Below, piece after piece: positions 24,328 to 35,899 of a DNA stretch of 64,000 nucleotides (its first letter is position 1; each line of letters begins with the position of its first letter). The notes below the pieces were generated by a model. It was given only the letters and a program-made list of their open reading frames with translations. It was not told where the DNA came from and ran no database searches. Origin of the DNA: Eutreptiella sp. 'Long Island Sound 2002' (lineage: Eukaryota; Protista; Euglenida); the NCBI GenBank assembly GCA_964036045.1, contig OZ038379.1, positions 23,188,001 to 23,252,000 of the forward strand, read 5' to 3'. A program made the translations under genes and the position numbers.

Positions 24328-24900
24328 GTCTGCCACCTGTCATGCCTGCTCCGTGTGTGCCACTAGCGTCCGGCAGGGACTCCATGTCTCGTAAGGATTT
24401 GGTCCTGTGCTATGTACCCACTCAGTAATACCTGCCCATGTCGCACACACAATGTTCCGCTGTGCCCATTGCATGACCCGGTGGGACTTCAGCTGCACCC
24501 CGGTTGAGGGGCGGTTGTACGGAACGTGACGCCATGAGGAGTCATGCAGCCCCCTCCTCCTTTCCGGTGGCCAGGTTTCTGCACCAAAACAGGCATTTCA
24601 CATGACGGCAGGTAGGAACCCCCCCACCTTTTTTTTGGTGGGGCCAGTTGCTACCGGGTAACTACTCTTGCCAAGCGACCTCCCGAGGAGCCACTCTTGG
24701 ATTTTTTTCGCCACGTCAGAACGCTACAGCAAGTGTAAAAGTGTCACGGGGACATGATTATTGCTGAGTCTGGCCCGCTGGTGCGTTGGCATGGCCAACA
24801 ACTGCACAAACATCACCACTGGTGCCTGCATGGCAGCCCAGAGCGGTCGATACTCGAAAATACGGTTACGCTGCAAAAGCGGTATCCGCCCCCCCGAATA

Positions 24901-25240
24901 CCCTCAAGAAGCGTGCTGCCACAGCATCAACACATTCCCGTTCAAAGCGGGAGGACAATGCGCCAGAACGCACTTCCGCTGACCCGTGCTCATCTTCTTC
25001 CGGCTGGAAGATGGATCTGCGCACGGCGCACGATGCGTCCCCGGCGACACGAAAGAGGAAGGCATTCGTAGAAGACACACTTTCGGCGGTTTTGGGCCTC
25101 ACACAATTGCACGGCCTTTAACGCTCCGAAGGTGAGACTGATCCCAGACAAACAGGTCACCTCATCGGCATCCTCTCGGGACGTTGGGAGGTTGTGGTAG
25201 CCGTGAACTGAGACTGCCCGGCCACTGGGCCTTGCACGCC
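24901..25240 (+). repeat. 340-bp inverted repeat, left arm (in intron 3 of the AAA-vWA gene)
   Basis: Reverse complement of 29707-30046; I found no mismatch by eye, and both arms give the same peptide RPKTAESVSSTNAF...VAARFLR in the ORF track. Confidence 0.95.
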
Positions 25241-25281
25241 CTCTTTCGTAATTGCAACTTGGCTCCCTCCCCTTTGCTCAG

Positions 25282-25636
25282 ATCAGAGACGCCGGAGGAC
25301 GGCCGTGCAAGCGGCACTGACCAAGACGCGAGCAGTGACGTGATGCCGGCGCTGCAGCAGCCCCAGGGCAGTGAGGAAGGCGTGGCCGGGGCTGCAGAGG
25401 CCGGGCAGGCCGGGGAGCAGGTGGGCGTGGACCCGGCGGACCGTGGCAGTGATGCTGCGGGGCAGGGCCCGGGGTCGCCGACCCCGTACGAGGGCACGAG
25501 TGACAAGGCGGCGCCGCCCAGCGCGGGGCCGCAGGGCAGTGTGGGCGAGCAGACGGCAAACGATGGGGCCGACAACCAGCGCCAGGCGCCGCCGGACCGG
25601 ACACCGCCCCCTCCAGCGGACCGCAGCGAGGAACAG
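25282..25636 (+). CDS. AAA-vWA gene exon 4: acidic/Pro/Gln/Gly-rich disordered linker
   Basis: ctcag|A TCA GAG phase 2; SETPEDGRASGTDQDASSD...PPDRTPPPPADRSEEQ; donor CAG|GTCTTT phase 0, matching exon 5. Confidence 0.75.
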
Positions 25637-26481
25637 GTCTTTTGCCCCCTCACTTGCCCCGCTCCTGCCCCCTGCCCCGAGGCCAGTCGCCCCATCTACA
25701 CTGACCAGTTTCTCTTTCAGTCCTGCGTATTTTGTAGACCCGTGATTTGCATCGAATGTGTGCACATGGGCGTTGCTGGTCATCCCCGCCCCCCCGCTGA
25801 CCCCCCCCCCCCACACAAAACTGCACTCCCACCATTCCCCCACTACTCACCCCCGCTTACAAATCGCCTTGAGCCCTGACGTGTGTTTGGGCGTGTTAGG
25901 GCCCCTATGCCTCACGGAAGTGCAGAGGGTCTGAGTTCCAACGTCTACCGGGGCGGTGCGGTGGGCACGTTCCGCGGAGGCCATACGTCAGGTGCGCACG
26001 GATGTGGGTGCCTGGGACTACTGCGTCCAATCGCACACGAAAGTGGGGGGGGGGGCGTTCGACGAAAGCTGGCCTCACTGCACGTCGATAGTGCGAGTGC
26101 GGGGCTGTAGGATGTCATGTGACCCCGAGTCACTCATCCCATTGGGAGTTGACGCGGGCCGGTCAATCATCAAAAAAGGGGCCCGGGGACCCACAAGGGC
26201 AGACCCTTTGGTACAACTACGAGCACCGGTTTCGCGGCACGCCCGACTGGCGGGGCAGACAGAGGGACAGCGGGGCTTTGGGAATTTGGAAGTTCGAAGG
26301 GCCATGCCCCTCCCCCCCCCACAGGAACGCTGCGGGAAGGGGGTTTGGGGGGAAGGGGGGGAGAAGAGGTCGCCAGTCCCGCACTTGCCGGCGCCCGGCA
26401 ACGCTCTGTCGGGGGCGCTGAGGTCCCGCTCGGGACGAGGGCTGCGTACAAGACACTGGCCGTACCCCCCGGGTCCGTCAG

Positions 26482-27477
26482 GTCCTGAACGACGACCGCA
26501 AGTCCCGCACCGACGACGATGTGGAGGACCGCGCCCAGCGCACCAAAGCGCGGAACCTGCAGCCGCTGCTGCGGTGCATGCGGGGCCATCTGGAGCGCGG
26601 TCGCACGGACCCCATCGACCACCCGGCCGGCGTCCCGCGCGGCTGGGCGCGCCCCGACACGCTCGCCGGCCTTGAGGACGCCGACCCGGTCGAGTCGTTC
26701 CTGTGGTGCACCGACCCGACGCCGCAGATGCCGCGGACCGCGCGTCGCGTGCGCTCGGAGACCGCGGGACGCGTGGCGATCCTGCGGGACACGAGCATGT
26801 CCATGTACGGCATGTGGAACCAGTGGGCGTCCCTCCTGTGCACCTCCGTCATGGAGTTGGCCCAGCGCCAGAAGATGCGCGTGGGCTACGTCGAGTTCAA
26901 CTCCCACGCGAAGAAGTACGTCTGCGAGAAGCGCCGCAGCTTCTTCACGCGGGAGTACAACCGCCTGGAGGACCGCATCGTCCGCGGCAAGTGCGAGGGA
27001 CTGACCAACTATGAGGCGCCGCTCGCCATGGCCCTGGAGGAGTTCGACGCGCAGCTGCCCCGGCACCGCCGCGCGCGCACGGGGCCCGGCGGCGCGGCGG
27101 AGCCCAGGCGGCACACGGACCAGCACATCCTCTTCATCACCGACGGGCGCGCGACGTCCGGCGACCGGAACGTGCGGAAGGAGATCGCGTTGGCGCAGGA
27201 GCTCGGGGTCGCGGTGCACACGGTGTTCATCGGATACACCCAGTGCCCGAAGGTGCTGGACGACATGAGCAGGACCACGAACGGCAGCCGGTTCATCGCG
27301 TACTTCGACACCGACACCAACGCCGTGCAGGTGGTGGAGCGCGACGCATTGCACCTGCAGAAGATGTACGCGCAGAGCGGCAAGGACGAGGAACTGCGAA
27401 ATCTGGACCGCATGGCGCGTCTGTCCCCCGTATTCCAGCGCTTCATCCGCAAGAAAGTGCAGGAGAGCGAGGCCTAG
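26482..27477 (+). CDS. AAA-vWA gene exon 5 (terminal): von Willebrand factor A domain with intact MIDAS (ViaA/CoxE-like)
   Basis: gtcag|GTC CTG phase 0; MIDAS elements ILRDTSMSM (DxSxS), EGLTNY (Thr) and ILFITDG (Asp); very high GC3; TAG at 27475-27477. Confidence 0.93.
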   Translation, partial: VLNDDRKSRTDDDVEDRAQRTKARNLQPLLRCMRGHLERGRTDPIDHPAGVPRGWARPDTLAGLEDADPVESFLWCTDPTPQMPRTARRVRSETAGRVAILRDTSMSMYGMWNQWASLLCTSVMELAQRQKMRVGYVEFNSHAKKYVCEKRRSFFTREYNRLEDRIVRGKCEGLTNYEAPLAMALEEFDAQLPRHRRARTGPGGAAEPRRHTDQHILFITDGRATSGDRNVRKEIALAQELGVAVHTVFIGYTQCPKVLDDMSRTTNGSRFIAYFDTDTNAVQVVERDALHLQKMYAQSGKDEELRNLDRMARLSPVFQRFIRKKVQESEA

Positions 27478-29706
27478 TGAGGGGGCTCCACGGGCCCGAA
27501 CGGGCTGTTGTTGGGTGTGGGTCGGGGTTCGGGGCTGGGTCCGCCCCCTGAGAGGCCCCGTGAATGCCTCGTGATCGGGAACGGGGTAGTGGAGTGGTTG
27601 GGTGGTCTTTGTGCCCCATCCGGTCCGGCTCCCCGACGGTACCTGCCCAAGCCTCTGAACACGATGGGGCAAGTGACTCAGGACACCGCGCATCCCCCGG
27701 GGGGACTGGGGACCTGGTCCTTCCGGGGGGGCAAGGGAACTCAAGGGACCAGCGTGCCTGGAGCGTGTGGTCTGTATGCCCCCCCCCCCCCCGCACTCCG
27801 TCCTGCGCTACCGTTGGGTGTTGCCCTGCAGCAATGCTCCGTGCGTTGAACTGGGGCAGGGGCTGCTGGTGCACGGCGCACACACTGCGCTTGCACCCCC
27901 CTCTCCCTCCCTTCCCTTACAGGGGCCCCCGCAGGCCCCACCCCCTTAGACCAAATTTGTGGTCGCCACGGTCTCGTGTTGGAGTTGTTGTACCTGTTCA
28001 GAGGGGGTCCCCTTCTCATTCTTTCTCGTCCCGGACTGTGTTGCTTGCTTGGTTGCCTTGATGGACTCCTGGGAAATGCAGAACAGCAGTACGGCAGGAT
28101 GAAGGGCGGAAGGGCAAGAGAGGCACTGCCGGGATGACCTGCCCCCCCGATTGACCCGCCAATCGGATCTGGATTTAGCCCTGCGTGACCCCTTGTCCCC
28201 GGAGTGCCTTCCTGTGCAATGCCCGGGTCACTTGACCGAAACACTTTGGAAAGAATTGGTGCCGAGAAGAAGGCTTGAAGGCAGCAATACAGTTGTGTGT
28301 GTGAAGACCCTGCCGCTCCCCATACACCCCCCATTGCTCGTCCCTACTCTGCCTGGCCGGGCCCATACCTACTGGACACCGCAGGCTGAGGTCTGTTTCT
28401 GTAATATCTGTGTTAGTGCGTGCTCATGTACTGCCAATGGGCGGCGCGTGTCCTACGCCTTTTCAAGGATCCTCGAGGCGTATGGATGTCGGATGTCACA
28501 GTCTTCCCAGGCGAATGGGGGAGTGCCGCAGTCAAGCGTTCCCCTTTGTCGCCCAGCAGCTCATGCAGCGAACATGAACAGATATTTGGCGACGTCCAGT
28601 GCCGCTTGCAGCGTAAAGGGGACCCGGTGGGAAATGTGATTGTGAGGGCTGCTGAATCATTGCCCAGCCTTCAACCCGGGTACTTAATCTTGATGTATTC
28701 GTCCTCTGGGAACGGAGAACGCTTTTCCCATCCGCCCTCTTGGCGGTGAACACCTCATCTGAGCACCCGCCATGTCGGAGGCCCCGCCCTTCTTTCAGCA
28801 CCACCGGGCGGTGCAACTGTCAGTCCCTGCTCGAGGGGGTGCTTGCACCAAAGGCAGGGTGGTCGCGGTGCACAGTTTCTCGTCCCTCCCAATCAACCAA
28901 TCAAGAGGAGAGTTGTTGAGGTCGCACGCGGGTTGCCTTGCCGTCAAGCACTGCCATGAAGATTGAAGCCGGACAAAGCGAAGATTGCGCATTGGCGCGG
29001 CTACACGATAGCCACAGCCAAATGCCTGCCACGTTCCTCCCTCTGCTCTTCTCAACCGAAAGTGTTCTCCGTGCGGTCGACTGTTTTCGGCGTTTGATAT
29101 TTCGCTGTGATTAGCTGTGTTTCTGCACAATACAGTGCGGTACCCGAGTGTTGTCGAAGATGGGGATCGTGATTTGCTGTATGCAGAGACGCACAGATGT
29201 TTCGACAACAAGAGCTGTGATAATCAGTGGCAGACTGTGAAGGTGAGCTGGGGATAAATGGGACTGGTGGAGCATCGAACACGGCCATTGGGAGGTACAC
29301 ATGATGCATCGTTTTCTTCAGTTTCCGTGCAGCTCCATTCAGTTTGCGTCTTTCGTAGCCCTTGGGGTATTAAGCCGACTGGCCGAGTTGCTGCTGAAGC
29401 GCGCAGGCCCGCTGCGTGGCAGCCGCCGGTGCACGAAGCAGTTACAGGGCGCAACGGCACGCTACGCGGCGGTTGCATAGCCCATTCAATGCCCCAGATG
29501 AAGCATTTGCTGACTGGCACCCGCCAGTCCGTTTTTCAACGTCCGTGTTTCCTGAACGTTGCAAAAAGGCATCGTGCTTTACCACCACAGGAGTCATGGC
29601 TGGGTCGATGCAGCCCTTGCGTACGACGTCTCCAGTTCATCTCATCACAAATGCTCACACACACAGCCATTGCAGCAGTCGGCCTGTGTCACTTCGGGAT
29701 TTGTCA

Positions 29707-30046
29707 GGCGTGCAAGGCCCAGTGGCCGGGCAGTCTCAGTTCACGGCTACCACAACCTCCCAACGTCCCGAGAGGATGCCGATGAGGTGACCTGTTTGTC
29801 TGGGATCAGTCTCACCTTCGGAGCGTTAAAGGCCGTGCAATTGTGTGAGGCCCAAAACCGCCGAAAGTGTGTCTTCTACGAATGCCTTCCTCTTTCGTGT
29901 CGCCGGGGACGCATCGTGCGCCGTGCGCAGATCCATCTTCCAGCCGGAAGAAGATGAGCACGGGTCAGCGGAAGTGCGTTCTGGCGCATTGTCCTCCCGC
30001 TTTGAACGGGAATGTGTTGATGCTGTGGCAGCACGCTTCTTGAGGG
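29707..30046 (-). repeat. 340-bp inverted repeat, right arm (2.2 kb downstream of the vWA stop codon)
   Basis: Reverse complement of 24901-25240; identity stops abruptly at both ends. Confidence 0.95.
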
Positions 30047-33000
30047 GTCATTTTCTCTACCTCCACTCATTCTGACAAGGCCACGGAGGACGGCCACGGA
30101 GGACGTGGGAAAGCAGGACAAAGTGGTCTACGCGGCTGAATGCGGTCACTGCACGTGCTCCTCCCGGCGGGCACACCTCATGCGGCGACTCGTGCGTTTC
30201 AGAGGTATCCCCACGATTCATACATCCATCAGAGGGGCATCGCCACATCCCTTCGGTTGCGTTCACGCGCTCCTCCCACGCAGCGGCCCCTGAGTCGGTG
30301 CAGAATGCAGCAGCACTAAAAGATTCCCACCCTTTGCCCCTTTGCTTTGGACCCCCCCTCCTTTCCCTTTCAGAGCGTGCGCAACTTCTTGTGTACACGT
30401 GCCAAAAGTGCAACTCGATCAACGTGGTCTGGCTACGGCTGAGGTGTGGGAACGATTGGATGATGGGTGTGGCCCCCCATAACCCTCAACAACCCCCAAG
30501 CACCCTCGCCGAAGGTGACCGTTATGCGTGTCGGCCTCGGCATCAGGAGCAAGGGATCACTTGCAAGGGATCACTGTGGTGCGCATGCATCAGTGCATTG
30601 CAGGCACGATACGCAGTTCACAACGCCTGCCGCCTGCAGTGCCGGGGCACGCTGCATTGAGGGACAGGAGTTCGGTGTCACACCGTGCCGAGAAGGGGAG
30701 TTGTGGCCGAAACCGCGTGCCATCGCGGTGCAACTGGCAAATGGCACGTGTCAGCCCATTGGTCCACCCGTGCGGTCTCTGGGTTGTCCCTGACGACACC
30801 TCATGAAGGCACTGGATCTTCATGCAATACATGATGTGCAGGACAGTGTAATGCAATGGTATATCAGCCACAGACATACCTCCTGCCCTCTCTTATCACA
30901 GGTAACACCTCGTGATCCGGAACCCCCCCAGCCCTGTGTTGATTTCCCATATCAGAAGTGGTGCAGAGCATCAGCCTTCGCCTCACTCTGCCCATGTGTC
31001 AGTGATTACTGGAGCCACATCAGAATACAATGTTCTGAGTTGGTCTCGCTTCGGCGGCAGTGATATACTGCAACACTGCGCATCAGATGTGATGTGCACC
31101 ACGCTCCTCGCGTTTGGATTTGCTTTGGCAATGGGCATTCGATGGAGTTGTGTGGCACGCACTACCGATGTGAAGTCCCACAACCGTTCCCCGTTGCCCC
31201 CGTGTAATTTACCGCTGGTTTGTACATACGGCCTCTCTGGGGATGCCTTTGCGTGCAGTGCGCATGCAGTGCACGGTTCTTGTACCGCTGGAAATACCGG
31301 GCCCCTCTTTTTGAGCTTTCCGAACCCGCTCGCTTCAATTATCACGTACAGCCAAAGGCCCGAACAGTCATCAAACTCCAGGCAGCGACAGCAGCAGTGT
31401 GTTGATTTCGTTTGGATAGAGGGATACCCTCTGCATCTGGTGCTCCTGGGAGTTCATCGTTTTCATGGGTGTACGGTTTGGGTCCGAGCAGCAAACGTGC
31501 ACGCAGTGCGCATGCAGTCCAGAGTCATCCCCGATGTACATCAGACACATCAGGTGTAGAGACCACCAAATTCCATAGCACTACAGCTTCTGTCGCCCCC
31601 CCCCCCCCCTCCCCGCAGTGCCGGTACTTCCAATGCACCTGGGAGGTCATTTATCTCAGTTGTATCGACAGCGGTTGCCCTGGCCGGTGCTGATAGTGCC
31701 TTCATGGTATCCTTATTTTTATTCCACCCCAAAACCCTGGTCCATCAGAGCGGGGGTATACATACCGGATCACTATGGTGGGTTTTATGTTTCACCCTCA
31801 ATTCATTCTTTCGCCTTTATACCCTCCCCTCCCCGCCTGCGCAAGATAGATACCCTTTCTCGATACCCTCGTGTAGTGACACCAACCGTCCCAAGGGGGG
31901 GGGGTTAAGGCCGAATGAGTGCTTTGCTTTGCAGCCCCCTCTACGGGTCGTTTGGTGGAGACCTGATATTGTGTCAAGTCGCAATATATGAGCACGGCGC
32001 TGATAGCTGTTGAGCCAGAGACGAGATGACGCGGAGCACACTATACATAAGAGGAATGATGCCAATTTGTACAGCTTTGGTTGGTCTGCCACTCGTGGTA
32101 GTGGCACCTGCCCCTGTGATACAGTCTGAAGTCCTTCCCTTTCGAAATTCCACACATGTGGACGAGCCTCACTCGCCCGAGCGCACCTCATGTGTGCCGT
32201 CGTGTCACGCCTGACACTCGCACGAGCGCGCGCCGAGTGTGCCCTCGTGACACGCTTGACAATCATCTGGCACCAGAACGAAAAAGTTCGAAAAAGATGG
32301 CACTTTGTACGGCCATGAAGTCCCTGCGTCTTTGTTATTACTGCGATGGGTCTATGGCTGACAGCGTCTGTTGGCAGAGACACGCAATCCATCAGCACCG
32401 CCCATTAAAGCCCTTCCCCTCGCAAGCACAGCCGTGTCCGAGGAGATGATTGCCGTCTGGCCGCTTTTTGGCCCCTACGTTTTGCGGTCAACGATGTTCA
32501 ATCAGTTGGATGTGAGGCTGTGTCACCTTCGAGCAGATTGCGCATTGGTGCTGCACCCGAGCCTGGCAATTTCTCGTGGATCAAGTGTTTGAGTTTGCCC
32601 ACTTCACTGCAACACGACACTGCGGTGTGGGTACAAAGTCGCGGCTTCGGATGTGTGGACGCAGAAAATGAAGGCTTCTGCACGGGACGTGTTTTGTAAG
32701 GGACGTCCAACGGTGGGGCCAGCAACAATATCACGGCTCATCGAATGGCCCTTGTCGCAATGATTCCGCCCCCTACCCCCAACAGAAGATTACGACCTGC
32801 CGTCATTTTGATATCCGCAGGGCGAAGGGCGAAGCAGGTTCAGGCATGCGTCGTGCATGCATGCGATGCATGCCGCGGTGCCTGCGCACACAATCCTCGT
32901 CTGATCCTTGTTTGCATGTGCATTGCCCGTGCTGACGCGAGGGACAACACATGCGTATCGCATAATTCATGGGGACTGCTCGCCGCATGGCTGTGCAGCT

Positions 33001-35019
33001 CAATATCTCAAGGGCAACCTCTACATCAGTGGGGTGCCCATGGGGGGTACGTCGTGGCATGTCGTTGAAGGCCATCAGCAGAGCATATGAACCGGATCTT
33101 TTGCAATGGCTCAGCAGATGTGTCGGTGTCGGTGTCGGTGTCCAGTGAAAGGGCCGTCCGGTGAAAGTTAGTGTGAGCCCGGACTCGTTCCCGGTGTATC
33201 TGTTGTAACTGGACATTGTTTGTACTCCTTCGTTGGCCTTTTGCCCTCCTGGGGACATGGCGGCGCGGCATGTATTCCACACACAGAACGCAGATTGTGT
33301 GGCGTCGTCATATCCGCCACATGTATCCAAGTCTTTGCTCGAAAGCCCGATGGACGCAAGCCCGACCACAACATCCAATGCGGTCCAGTGCTTACTGGAA
33401 GAGGTCGTCAGCGCAACACGCAACAGCAACCGCCAGCCTTCACTCCTTCTGCAAGAGAGGGAAGAGAGACAACGGGCGGTTGGCGGGTCGCCCGCCCCCA
33501 GTGTTGCACAGTAGTGTGGTCCTGGGGAGCACCGCCGAAGTGCAGATGTCTGGCCACCGGGGAATGTTTGGTTTGGGCAACGAAGGCAAACACAGACACG
33601 CCGTGATGCCTGCTATCCGCATGCACACGGTTGGCTCCCACCTCTCAGCATTCGTTAGGCTCCACACCCCATTCCACGGTGAGCATATCTTATAGCACCA
33701 GCTGAGCTATTCGCCGCGTGTTTGGCCACGAAGTCCTGTCCGCCGGGAGGTGGTATTGCACCAAGCCGTACAGTCACACCCAAGCGCGTCGTGTTCGATT
33801 GTTCCTGCCAGGAATGGCGTTCAGCTTTGGCTTGCACCTTTCCGACTCCCAATTGGAATCCTCTTGGTCTATCTTGCCTTCCTTCGCTGTGCCTGTTGGT
33901 GCAGTACTAAAGTACCTCCTAGTGAAGCACAATCCATGAACCAACATCTTTGCCTTTTCTTGCTACATTGTCTCTGTGCAGAGGGGAAGTTGGTCTTTTC
34001 AAGGCAGACTGTTCGTGGTGAATTGGGACTCGAAGGGCGGGGTGTGGTGCGAGGGAGGGGGGGCAGCGGCACAGCCCAAGACAGAGCAACGAGAGAAAGG
34101 AACGAATGCAGCAAAGATAATGAGGACAAGGAGGGTGCGTACACACGCACTGTAGGCACATTGTGCAAAGTTTTTCTATGTTGGTTTCAATGGGAACTGG
34201 TTTTTGCCCCATTTGGGGTAAAGTAGTAAGCAAGATAATGCAACATAAAATCGTCGGTGAAGCTGCCCAATGCCACCTTTGTGGCAAACAGAACCTGCCC
34301 AACTCCACCATCCAGAACCCTCCATAAATTCCTGCTGTAGTTGTATTAAGAGAGGTACAATATCCGGAGACATCAAAAAGTGTCGCATTGTGGCACACTG
34401 TGCAACAACACCCCCGAGGACGGAAAGGAACATAAGCGACAAATGAGAGAGGAAGGAGATAGAGGATCGAGACGTGCAAGGCACCAGTAATTTGCAAACA
34501 GAGCAGCAGCATGGAAAGGGATGAAAGCAGAGGCTACATAGTTGTCCACAAGCTTTGTGATTTGTTTGTGTTGCCGAGGGAACATCTTATCCGGGGCAGA
34601 GGCATCAGAGATAGTAAACCGCACCCCAACTTATGCAGTTTCTTATGATGGATATTAATTTTTTGCAAAGATATTAGGGGTGCCAAAGGGGGCACACTTA
34701 GCGTAGTGCAACTATTTGGGCTTTTGGCCGTACTAGACCCATTATTTGGGATACTAGGGGCATCATTAGTGGTCAAAGGTACCGGCCTAGGGAGTCGATG
34801 GGTGCCGAGGGCGCCCAATTGTCCACAAGCACCAGAACCAGTACCCTTAGCGCTTGAGTTGAGGTGACGGACACACAACGAAGGGGCAACGAGAGAAGGA
34901 ATACGAAAAAGAGGAGTGCTGAAGCCCAAAGACCTCGCCCCCAAGACAATAGGAGAAGATCCTTAGATGGTCGCCATCATGCACAATGTGATGAACATGG
35001 TTATCCATCATGTACATGA

Positions 35020-35055
35020 TCATGATGATGCATAATGATGATGATGATGATGATC
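35020..35055. repeat. (ATG)n microsatellite
   Basis: atgatgatgcataatgatgatgatgatgatgat. Confidence 0.85.
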
Positions 35056-35649
35056 AAGATCGAAAAATTCGAGAAAATAATCGAAGGTCAGAATTCACCC
35101 GCCGACATTATATACAAGGTAATTATGATGTTTGGGTGTTTGGCGCCTCTGCCATTATCTCAGATTCAGGTCTAATTTTGGGAGATTTTGGGCAATTTTG
35201 CATGATTTGAGACATGCTTCGACTAATGAGGTCGTCCTTAGGAGCGCTTATGTGAAGGGAAGGTAGCTTGCATGTGTCTTCTGCTAGGGTAGTTTGGGTG
35301 ACCTAAATTTAGGGACGTTTGGAAGGGGTGTACCTAGGGGCTCTTCGGGGGATACATAGTCCAAAAGTAGCGCGCAGTGCGACGGCGCCCCCAAAATATG
35401 GCAAGACAAGACACAACCATCACATGGACCAACTACACATAAACAAGAGGCTATCAACAACAATACGACAAGCAACAAGCACACTTCTCACCATACCAAT
35501 CTCCTTACTCTCATCTAAGTGTCTTCAGTGACAAAGCAAGCATCAAAATTGGTGTTGAGGGGTGTTTGTGTTTGTGTGTGTGTGTGTGTATGTGTGTGTG
35601 TGCCTGAAACACAAGGACCAGATAAGGCAAAAGGCGGAGCATTGTGTTG

Positions 35650-35885
35650 CCCTACCGTGTCCTTCATTGTCCTTCAGTGCCTTTCCATGGGCTTCAATGT
35701 GCTTTGGTGCACCTCAGTGTCCTTCAGTGCTGCTCAGTGTCGCCCACCTTCCGTCAGCATCCTTCATCGTAGTTCAATGTGGTGCAGTGCTTCCGTTCGC
35801 TCTAGCGCACTTCAGTGTCCTTCAGTGTCCTTCAGTGTTGTTTGGTGTATTGTTCTTCAGTGCGCTTCAGTGTCTTGCAGTGGGC
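35650..35885 (+). repeat. Degenerate about 10-bp TTCAGTG(T/C)CC array; resumes at 37455-37480
   Basis: Many ttcagtg units, e.g. ttcagtgtccttcagtgtccttcagtg at about 35811-35837. Confidence 0.85.
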
Positions 35886-35899
35886 CGCATTGTCTCTTA

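Noticed and set aside
26170-27744. 524-aa minus-strand ORF
   Set aside because: Antisense shadow of the GC3-rich vWA exon; no domain motifs of its own.
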